Of a stretch of 41,071 bases of DNA, positions 9,930 through 17,736 are shown one piece after another (the first letter of the stretch is position 1; each line of letters opens with the position of its first letter). The translations under genes and the position numbers were made by a program. The stretch lies in the sequence record SRR22947725_530, one strand, 5' to 3'. The notes beneath the pieces are model-generated. The model saw only the letters and a list, made by a program, of their open reading frames with translations. It ran no database searches and had not been told where the DNA came from.

Positions 9930-10868
9930 ATGCACCTAAGAATTGCTATTCAGATGGATCCAATAGAATTGGTTGATATTAATGCTGATAGCACCTTTCG
10001 AATAATGGAAGAAGCGCAATTGCGAGGGCATGAACTCTATTATTATAATCCTGAACAACTTGCTTTTGAAGAAGGTGAAATCACCGCTCATGGTTGGCCT
10101 ATTAGCGTAGATCGCGTTAAAGGTAAGCATTTTACTAAGGGTGAATTTACAAAGGTATATCTTAAAAATTTTGATGTGGTATGGCTTCGTCAAGATCCTC
10201 CGTTTGATATGGGATACATAACAAATACTCATTTGCTCGAAATGGTTCATCCCGATACCCTAGTGGTTAATGACCCAAAATGGGTGCGTAATTATCCTGA
10301 AAAATTATTAGTATTAAATTTTCCAGATTTAACACCCCCAACGACAATCGCCCGAGACATAGAAATTCTAAAGACATTCAAGAATAAATATAAAGATATT
10401 ATATTGAAGCCATTATACGGAAATGGTGGTGCTGGTGTTTTTCGATTAGATGAAAATGATAGAAATTTAAATTCATTACATGAACTTTTTAGCTCTATAA
10501 ATACGGAACCTTTAATTGCTCAAAAGTTTTTAGCTGCGGTTTCTAAGGGAGATAAACGTATTATACTAGTTGATGGTGAACCTGTAGGAGCTATCAACCG
10601 CGTACCTGCAAAAGGAGAAACACGGTCAAATATGCATGTAGGTGGAAGGCCTGAAAAAGTTGAGCTAGATGAACGCGATTTAGAAATATGTGAAAAAATT
10701 GGACCTCTATTAAGAAAAAAAGGTCAAATATTTGTTGGAATTGATGTTATTGGCGGCTTCCTCACCGAAATAAATGTTACATCACCAACGGGCATTCAAG
10801 AACTAGAACGATTTAATGAAATTAATGTTGCAGAAAAAATTTGGCTTTCAATAGAATCTAAATTTTAA
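9930..10868 (+). CDS. gshB: Glutathione synthetase
   Basis: QMDP, RQDPPFDM.Y, KPLYGNGG, RSNMHVGG, TEINVTSPTG. ATG 9930 with GGAG upstream. Confidence 0.98.
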   Translation: MHLRIAIQMDPIELVDINADSTFRIMEEAQLRGHELYYYNPEQLAFEEGEITAHGWPISVDRVKGKHFTKGEFTKVYLKNFDVVWLRQDPPFDMGYITNTHLLEMVHPDTLVVNDPKWVRNYPEKLLVLNFPDLTPPTTIARDIEILKTFKNKYKDIILKPLYGNGGAGVFRLDENDRNLNSLHELFSSINTEPLIAQKFLAAVSKGDKRIILVDGEPVGAINRVPAKGETRSNMHVGGRPEKVELDERDLEICEKIGPLLRKKGQIFVGIDVIGGFLTEINVTSPTGIQELERFNEINVAEKIWLSIESKF

Positions 10869-11446
10869 ATTATATTGTTAACACTTAATATTCTCCAATT
10901 TTTGTCTCCAAGATGTTCTAAATGTGTTATACTGAGATTATCAATTTGGAAGCTAATTGCACTTTGAGGTTGTATTTTTGCAGCACGTTGTAACTGTGTT
11001 AAAATAACACCAAAATGACCAACAGCAATTATGTTTTTTCCTTTATATCGCTCATTTATATTATCAACTTCTGCATTTATTCTTTTTGCAGCTTGGTTCC
11101 AACTTTCTCCATTTGGTGGTGCTGTATCACCAGGTCTAGACCAATAATCTTTTGATAGCTTAGGGTATTTTGCTGCTATTTCAGATGATTTTTTAAGTTC
11201 CCATTCGCCAAAGTTAAATTCACGTAAGTTCTTATTGTTTGGTAAACGTTCACGCATGTTTTGAATTTCTGTTGCCGTTTTTATTGTGCGCTTTAAGTCA
11301 GATGATATTACTAAACTATCATTTGGCAAATAATCATCTAATTTTTTAAGTCTGTTAATATTTGACAAATCTACGTCTACATCAGACCATCCAACTAAGC
11401 TTTTCAAATGAGTTGGCCCATGTCTTATCCAGTACCAATTTGTCAT
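10865..11446 (-). CDS. Histidine phosphatase family protein (CobC / alpha-ribazole phosphatase-like)
   Basis: RHG, SSDL.R, LREFNFGEWE, PPNGES and second His (GHFG). ATGA overlap with cobU. Confidence 0.85.
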   Translation of the reverse strand: MTNWYWIRHGPTHLKSLVGWSDVDVDLSNINRLKKLDDYLPNDSLVISSDLKRTIKTATEIQNMRERLPNNKNLREFNFGEWELKKSSEIAAKYPKLSKDYWSRPGDTAPPNGESWNQAAKRINAEVDNINERYKGKNIIAVGHFGVILTQLQRAAKIQPQSAISFQIDNLSITHLEHLGDKNWRILSVNNII

Positions 11447-11964
11447 GAGAAATCCTCAGGTAATTTACCCTTTAAAACTAACGGTATGCCAGCAATAACT
11501 TGCACAACAAGATCTGATTGTGCTGCTACTTTTTGATTTAACTGTCCTTGAGCGGTTCTGAATTTTCGGGCTAAATAATTATTGGGAACAACACCAAGAC
11601 CTGTTTCATTAGAGACGCAGACAACGTGATTTGCATCATGGCATGCATTAATGAAACTTTCAGTATTTATGTCTTTGTTAGCTAATAAATGATTACTTAG
11701 CCATAAAGTTAGGCAATCAATTAAAATTATACCTTCCTCGGGTAGTGGAAGTATTTCAAGTGGTGATTCAATTGTATTCCAATCATTTCCACGATCTTTT
11801 TGATGCTTGTTGATCTTATTTTGCATCTCATCATCAAATGCCTGAGCAGTTGCTATATAATTCTTATACATCCCTGTAGAACATACTAATTTTTCAGCAA
11901 AAGCGGATTTCCCAGAGTTAGCTCCTCCAAGAATCAAAGATAGTTTAGGGAATTTTTTTGACAC
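11443..11964 (-). CDS. cobU: Bifunctional adenosylcobinamide kinase / adenosylcobinamide-phosphate guanylyltransferase
   Basis: GGANSGKS P-loop, YIATA, HQKDR, IDCLTLW, SNETGLGVVP. GTG at 11964 with GAGG upstream. Confidence 0.93.
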   Translation of the reverse strand: MSKKFPKLSLILGGANSGKSAFAEKLVCSTGMYKNYIATAQAFDDEMQNKINKHQKDRGNDWNTIESPLEILPLPEEGIILIDCLTLWLSNHLLANKDINTESFINACHDANHVVCVSNETGLGVVPNNYLARKFRTAQGQLNQKVAAQSDLVVQVIAGIPLVLKGKLPEDFS

Positions 11965-11978
11965 GATTTTCCTCAAAG

Positions 11979-12004
11979 TGATCCAATTATCTATTTCTCA
12001 CGTA
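11979..12004 (+). promoter_or_regulatory. sigmaE (RpoE/ChrR-type ECF) promoter upstream of rpoH2
   Basis: TGATCC (11979-11984), 16-nt spacer, CGTA (12001-12004). Matches the Rhodobacter RpoE promoter consensus and lies directly upstream of a known RpoE target gene. Confidence 0.8.
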
Positions 12005-12047
12005 ACAATTATACAAACCGAAACATTAGATAAAGAAAAATAAAATA

Positions 12048-12932
12048 ATGACACTTGATACATCCTATGAAAAACGTTTGCAAAAAACTGCTATGAAAGC
12101 AGAAATGTTAGACGTTGATACAGAATACAAACTCGCAATAGCATGGCGTGATCACAAAGATGAAGACGCACTACACAGACTAATAAATGCTTACATGCGT
12201 CTAGCAATATCCATGGCTTCGAAATTTCGAAGATACGGTGTGTCACAACAAGATTTAATACAAGAAGCAGGCATGGGGCTGATGAAGGCTGCAGATAAAT
12301 TTGATCCAGATAAGGGTGTGCGTTTTTCAACTTATGCTCAATGGTGGGTTAAAGCATCAATTCAAGATTTCGTGATGCGCAATTATTCGATGGTACGAAC
12401 AGGTAGTACAACTAATCAAAAATCACTTTTTTTTAATATAAAAAGAGTAAAAGCTCAATTAGAGCGTGATGCTGTACAAAACAACCAAACAGTCACACCA
12501 GCTCAGATATTAGAGCAAGTTAGTACAGAACTAGGTGTCCCTATGCGTGATGTGATGATGATGAATGGACGTATGTCTGGTGGTGATATGTCATTGAATG
12601 CGATCCAATCAAATGATGATGAAGGGCGTGAGTGGATTGAGACCTTAGCAGATGAAGCACCTGGTGGTGCTGAGATTGTTGAACAGAGTTTTGATGAGGA
12701 AAAATTAAAAATATGGATCGGTCAGTCAATGGAAGTGTTAAATGAACGTGAAAAGTATATTGTTATTCAACGCAAAATGATTGATTCACCCAGAACACTT
12801 GAAAGCATCGGTGTTGAATTAAAGTTATCAAAAGAGCGTATTAGACAGATAGAAAATGCGGCTTTAGAGAAGCTAAAGAAACGGATGGGATCAGATGGTC
12901 ATCATGCTGCAAGGCATATTGAATTAGCATAA
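12048..12932 (+). CDS. rpoH2: RNA polymerase sigma-32 family factor RpoHII
   Basis: Region 2 DLIQEA.MGLMKAADKFDPDKGVRFSTYA.WW, RpoH box QKSLFFN, region 4 TLESIG..L.LSKERIRQIE. Sits beside cobU and coaBC as RpoHII does in Rhodobacteraceae. Confidence 0.9.
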   Translation: MTLDTSYEKRLQKTAMKAEMLDVDTEYKLAIAWRDHKDEDALHRLINAYMRLAISMASKFRRYGVSQQDLIQEAGMGLMKAADKFDPDKGVRFSTYAQWWVKASIQDFVMRNYSMVRTGSTTNQKSLFFNIKRVKAQLERDAVQNNQTVTPAQILEQVSTELGVPMRDVMMMNGRMSGGDMSLNAIQSNDDEGREWIETLADEAPGGAEIVEQSFDEEKLKIWIGQSMEVLNEREKYIVIQRKMIDSPRTLESIGVELKLSKERIRQIENAALEKLKKRMGSDGHHAARHIELA

Positions 12933-12996
12933 CTTGACTTGCCAGTAGGCCAGTTCAGGATTAAACAGATTATCACTGAACAATTGGTGATCTAAA

Positions 12997-14193
12997 ATGC
13001 TTAACGGAAGAAGAATATTATTAATTATAGGTGGCGGTATCGCTGCCTATAAATCACTTCAGTTAATCAGAGAACTACAAAAAAAAGGCGCCGAGGTTTT
13101 GCCAGTCATGACCAAAAGCGCAGCTGAATTTGTTACCCCGCTGACGGTTTCAGCTCTGTCCAAAAATAAAGTCTTCAGCGATTTATTTGATTTAAATGAT
13201 GAAGCTGAGATGGGGCATATTGAGCTATCAAGATCTTCCGATTTGATTATAGTAGCACCAGCAACGGCTAATTTAATGGCAAAAATGGCGTTTGGTTTGG
13301 CAACTGATTTGCCTTCTACACTTTTACTTGCAACAGATACGCCTGTTCTTATCGCTCCGGCAATGAACGTACGTATGTGGGAGCACCCAGCAACACAAAA
13401 TAACTGTAAGACTTTAATTAATAATGGTGTTCATTTTAGTGGCCCTGATGAAGGGGATATGGCTTGTGGTGAATTTGGATTTGGACGGATGTCAGAGCCT
13501 GAGATAATTGTTAAAGCTGCATCTGATATATTATTGAATGGGCCTCTCAAGGGTAAACATATTGTAATTACATCCGGTCCTACGCATGAACCAATTGATC
13601 CTGTGCGTTATATTGCAAATAGATCATCTGGGCACCAAGGCTGTGAGATAGCTAATGCATTAACTTCTTTAGGTGCAAAGGTTACATTTATAACTGGTCC
13701 TTCCAATTATAAATTTCCTGAAAGCTGTGAAATCGTCACAGTTGAAACTGCTATCGAAATGTTGGACGCTGTTGAAGCAAACATGCCGTGTGATATAGCT
13801 ATTTTTTCTGCAGCAGTTTCTGATTGGCGTGTGGAGAAAAAAAATACTAATAAAATTAAAAAAAACCAATCAAAAGATGTTCTGAAAATCAATTTTATTG
13901 AAAATCCCGATATCTTAAAAACTATCTCTAAAATGAAAATGAACCGTCCCAAATTAGTTATTGGGTTCGCTGCGGAAACAAACAATTTGATTGAGAATGC
14001 AACTGAAAAAAGAATACGTAAAGGGTGTGACTGGATTCTTTTAAATGATGTTTCTCCAGGTACAGGCATAATGGGTGGTAACGAAAACCACATAACATTA
14101 ATTTCTGCTGATGAAACACAAGAATGGCCACGAATGTCAAAAACAGCAGTTGCTAAAAAATTAGGCCAAAAAATAGTGGATTATAGTAAATGA
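12997..14193 (+). CDS. coaBC: Phosphopantothenoylcysteine decarboxylase / phosphopantothenate--cysteine ligase
   Basis: GGIAAYK, HIELSR, PATAN, PAMN, MACGE, TSGPTHEPIDPVRYIANRSSG, GFAAET. Confidence 0.97.
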   Translation: MLNGRRILLIIGGGIAAYKSLQLIRELQKKGAEVLPVMTKSAAEFVTPLTVSALSKNKVFSDLFDLNDEAEMGHIELSRSSDLIIVAPATANLMAKMAFGLATDLPSTLLLATDTPVLIAPAMNVRMWEHPATQNNCKTLINNGVHFSGPDEGDMACGEFGFGRMSEPEIIVKAASDILLNGPLKGKHIVITSGPTHEPIDPVRYIANRSSGHQGCEIANALTSLGAKVTFITGPSNYKFPESCEIVTVETAIEMLDAVEANMPCDIAIFSAAVSDWRVEKKNTNKIKKNQSKDVLKINFIENPDILKTISKMKMNRPKLVIGFAAETNNLIENATEKRIRKGCDWILLNDVSPGTGIMGGNENHITLISADETQEWPRMSKTAVAKKLGQKIVDYSK

Positions 14194-14660
14194 AAAATTT
14201 AGACATAAAGATAACTTATGTTCAATTTGCTGATCAGAACATTCCTCTTCCTGTATATGAAACATCTCAATCTGCTGGAATGGATTTAAGAGCCAATTTT
14301 AATGTAGATAACCGTGAAAATGGAATGGCTATACAAGCTAAAAAATGGTTACTTATTCCTACAGGATTAGCAATATCTATACCTATTGGCTATGAAGCAC
14401 AAATTAGGCCTCGTTCAGGATTAGCACTAAAATATGGTGTAAGTGTTTTAAATTCACCAGGAACAATTGATGCAGATTATCGTGGACAGCTTGGAGTAGT
14501 ATTAATCAACCATGGTGTAGATGATTTTCATATCAATCATGGTGATAGGATTGCACAAATTATTTTTGCACCAATAGTACAGGCAGTCTGGAAACAAGTG
14601 ACGGATCTTGATGTATCATCACGAGATGTGAATGGATTTGGATCAACTGGTGTTAACTGA
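14190..14660 (+). CDS. dut: dUTP diphosphatase
   Basis: SAGMDL, RPRSGLA, GTIDADYRG, GDRIAQ, GFGSTG motifs. Confidence 0.96.
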   Translation: MKNLDIKITYVQFADQNIPLPVYETSQSAGMDLRANFNVDNRENGMAIQAKKWLLIPTGLAISIPIGYEAQIRPRSGLALKYGVSVLNSPGTIDADYRGQLGVVLINHGVDDFHINHGDRIAQIIFAPIVQAVWKQVTDLDVSSRDVNGFGSTGVN

Positions 14661-15574
14661 TGGATGTTACGTTTAGTCAAATTATAACACCACAAGGAGC
14701 GTTCTTAGTTGGCTTAATCTGTGCAATTTTTTTGTATATCAGGATGCTACGACGGATGTCTGCTAAAAGTAGAATTAAACTTGCGACACCAACTGAAGAA
14801 ATCTCAAGCGCAAGAATGTCAGAAACTGAATTAGATAGATATTCCCGACACATCATGTTGAGAGAAATTGGTGGCCAAGGGCAGTCTAAGTTACGTAATG
14901 CAAAAGTTTTAGTTATTGGTGCAGGTGGACTTGGATCACCAGTTTTATCATATTTGTCAGCTGCTGGTGTAGGTACTATTGGAGTGATTGATGATGATTT
15001 AGTGAGCTTATCAAATTTACAAAGACAAGTGCTATTTGATGAAGACCATTTAGATTACCCCAAGGTGTTTGCTGTAAAAGACAAAATTAAAAAATTAAAT
15101 CCTTTTATAGAAATATTACCATTTAATAGACGGCTAACTGAAGCTGAAGCGGAAGTGTTGTTTATTGAGTTCGATTTGATAATTGATGGGTGTGATAATT
15201 TTTTAACCAGACAAATCGCTAACTTGGCATGTGTAAAGTTAAAAAAACCATTAATCTCAGGAGCCATAAGTCAATGGGAAGGGCAAGTTAGTTTGTTTAA
15301 TGAAACAAAAAATTCAGCGTGTTATTCTTGTATTTTTCCAGTCCAGCCTGCTGATGGTTTGGCGCCGAATTGTGCTGAAGGGGGCGTTATGGGGGCACTA
15401 CCTGGAATTATTGGATCAGTAATGGCCTCTGAAGCTATAAAAAATATAACTGGAGTGGGTGAAAACCTTAATGATAAATTATTAATCTTTGACGCCCTAA
15501 ATAGTGAATTTAATAAAATAAATGTATCAAAAAACCCTAATTGTGAAATATGTAAGGTGCACCATGAAACCTAA
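14660..15574 (+). CDS. HesA/MoeB/ThiF-family adenylyltransferase with N-terminal transmembrane extension
   Basis: RYSRH, GAGGLG, SNLQRQ, DGCDNF, CxxC pairs (CYSC, CEIC), PNCAEGG. Hydrophobic segment at about residues 13-29. Confidence 0.92.
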   Translation: MDVTFSQIITPQGAFLVGLICAIFLYIRMLRRMSAKSRIKLATPTEEISSARMSETELDRYSRHIMLREIGGQGQSKLRNAKVLVIGAGGLGSPVLSYLSAAGVGTIGVIDDDLVSLSNLQRQVLFDEDHLDYPKVFAVKDKIKKLNPFIEILPFNRRLTEAEAEVLFIEFDLIIDGCDNFLTRQIANLACVKLKKPLISGAISQWEGQVSLFNETKNSACYSCIFPVQPADGLAPNCAEGGVMGALPGIIGSVMASEAIKNITGVGENLNDKLLIFDALNSEFNKINVSKNPNCEICKVHHET

Positions 15575-16109
15575 TAGAAAAAAATTAGATAATGCAATTC
15601 CATCAATTTTGTCTGCACCTAAAAATGATGCCCAAATTGAACAACTTTGTTACCGCCCAGAATTTGGGGAGAGAAATTTTGTTGATATGCTACCTGTTAG
15701 TGTGAATGGCGGTGTTCAAGGCTGCAGGTGGTCTCATAGTCCTTGGTTAAAGAAAAAGGATGGTTCTGGTGATCCCCGAATTCAAGTTAGTATTTTGCAA
15801 AAAAGAGTTTTAGATTTAGTATATGTCCCTGGCGATGATGAAATACACCCGGGGGATACGTTTATCGTGGATATGGATTTATCCCATGATAATCTGCCAA
15901 TAGGATCGGTAATCCAAGCTGGATCCGCACTTTTACGGGTGAGCGATCATTGGAACAATGCATGTGTAAAATGGAAAGTGCGATATGGATCTGATGCTCT
16001 TGACTGGGTTAGACAAGATGAAAATATTAAATTCCGTTTAAGAGGAGTGCTTTGTGAAATCATCAAAGACGGTACGATTATAAACGGTGAATTACTGCAA
16101 AAAGTTTAA
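15564..16109 (+). CDS. MOSC domain-containing protein
   Basis: G..G.RW, PGDTFIVDMDLS..NLPIG, conserved Cys in NACVKW, LRG...II.DG.I..G. ATG 15564 overlaps the upstream gene end. Confidence 0.8.
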   Translation: MKPNRKKLDNAIPSILSAPKNDAQIEQLCYRPEFGERNFVDMLPVSVNGGVQGCRWSHSPWLKKKDGSGDPRIQVSILQKRVLDLVYVPGDDEIHPGDTFIVDMDLSHDNLPIGSVIQAGSALLRVSDHWNNACVKWKVRYGSDALDWVRQDENIKFRLRGVLCEIIKDGTIINGELLQKV

Positions 16110-17089
16110 AATTTCGGGATGCACATATTAGGAGGCCGATGACCATCTTGGTGCATTTTTATATTTAATATTACTGTTTCCCCCATTTCGTGGCGTGCTT
16201 CCTGTGTTGCTGATCCCATATGAGGTAGTAACATTACATTAGGTAATTCACAAAGTGTTTTATTTACATTTTTTCCTGTAGCCAGAACATCTAATCCAGC
16301 TGCAGCTAGTCTTCCATTTAAGAGAGCAGCCTCTAAAGCTTCTTCTTCTATTAAAGCTCCCCGAGCTGTATTTACAACTACTGCTGTTGGTTTCATTAAA
16401 CTTAATGCTTTTGTATCTAAAATATGATGTGTTTCATCACTTAGTGGACAACATGTGGCAAGAATATCAATCTCTGGGAGCATTGTATGAAAATCTTTGA
16501 AGTACTTTGCATTGAGCCGAGTTTCTGTATCAGGATGGACTTTTTTTCTATTGTGATAATTAACATTCAAGCCAAAAGCTCTTGCTCTTTCGGCCAATGC
16601 TGTTCCAATACGACCCATACCTAAGATACCTATTGTTTTTCCTGATACCCTGGTTCCTAAAAATGCAGAAGGTGCCCATCCTTGCCAATCACCAGACTCC
16701 ATTACATTTGAGCCTTCCTTAAAACGTCTCATCACAGCTAGTATGAGAGCAATTGTCATATCCGCCGTATCAGAAGAGCTTATTGTTGGTGAATTTGAAA
16801 CTAAAATCCCCTGTTTATGGGCAGCTTCAACATCTATGTGGTCAACTCCAGAGCCATAGTTTGCTAATAATTTTAACCTATTACCCGCTTCGGCTAATAA
16901 AGATGCATCAATATTATCATTGAGCGTAGGAACTAATACATCAGCACGTTTCATAGCCTCGAGTAATTCGTTTCGACTTAGAGGAATATCATTTTGGCTA
17001 AATTCTACATCAAACAATTCTTTAAGCCTTGATTGAACTGTATCAGGCAACTTTCGTGTTACAATAACTTTGAAACCAGAATTTGGCAT
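16106..17089 (-). CDS. D-isomer-specific 2-hydroxyacid dehydrogenase (glyoxylate/hydroxypyruvate reductase-like)
   Basis: GVDHID, GILGMGRIG Rossmann motif, NTARG, AGLDV, LPHMGSAT. Confidence 0.92.
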   Translation of the reverse strand: MPNSGFKVIVTRKLPDTVQSRLKELFDVEFSQNDIPLSRNELLEAMKRADVLVPTLNDNIDASLLAEAGNRLKLLANYGSGVDHIDVEAAHKQGILVSNSPTISSSDTADMTIALILAVMRRFKEGSNVMESGDWQGWAPSAFLGTRVSGKTIGILGMGRIGTALAERARAFGLNVNYHNRKKVHPDTETRLNAKYFKDFHTMLPEIDILATCCPLSDETHHILDTKALSLMKPTAVVVNTARGALIEEEALEAALLNGRLAAAGLDVLATGKNVNKTLCELPNVMLLPHMGSATQEARHEMGETVILNIKMHQDGHRPPNMCIPKF

Positions 17090-17197
17090 TTGATAGATTC
17101 TCCTACTGGATTTCTTGACTGTATTCTGGCAAATTATAAGCCATTGTGGAAGATCAAAAAATTAAACTCTGATAAGAATGTAAAATTAAGGTTAACG

Positions 17198-17695
17198 ATG
17201 CTTAAATTAGGCAAAATTATTGCAATTACAATAGTATTATCATGGGTGTCTGCGATTAAAGCCAACGAAAGAGGGCCAGTAACTAATCTACCAATTCCAA
17301 GATTTGTATCGATGAAAGTAAATGAAGGTTTTGTTAGAAGGGGACCATCAAAATTACATAGAATTGACTGGGTATATAAACACCGTAATACGCCCCTAAT
17401 GATCACTGGAGAATATGAGCATTGGAGAAGAGTTCAGGATGTTGATGGACAAGGTGGTTGGATGCATTTTAGATTATTATCTGGAACAAGAACCGTAGTC
17501 TTCAAATCAGCAAAAAGCCCAGTAAGGCGAAGAAACTATGAAGGAGCTGATATAGTCTTCTTCGCTGAAAAAGGTGTTATTGGTAATTTAGATGAGTGTA
17601 ATCTTAGCTGGTGCAAGGTATTTGTTAATAAGAAAAAAGGTTGGGTGTCCAAGTCACATATCTGGGGTGTCTTTGAAAATGAATTGAGGGACTAA
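17198..17695 (+). CDS. Secreted bacterial SH3 domain protein (two SH3_4-like repeats)
   Basis: Signal peptide, then GPVTNLPIPRFVS..RRGPS...IDWVY...WRRV.D.DG.GGW and WC.V....GWV....WGV. Start set at ATG 17198. Confidence 0.88.
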   Translation: MLKLGKIIAITIVLSWVSAIKANERGPVTNLPIPRFVSMKVNEGFVRRGPSKLHRIDWVYKHRNTPLMITGEYEHWRRVQDVDGQGGWMHFRLLSGTRTVVFKSAKSPVRRRNYEGADIVFFAEKGVIGNLDECNLSWCKVFVNKKKGWVSKSHIWGVFENELRD

Positions 17696-17736
17696 TATAT
17701 AAAACTTTTATTATTTATTTGAAATGTATCTCTAAC

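Noticed and set aside
17180..17196. CtrA-like site (TAAA-N7-TTAAC) before the SH3 gene
   Set aside because: Imperfect match, and such motifs are expected by chance in AT-rich DNA.
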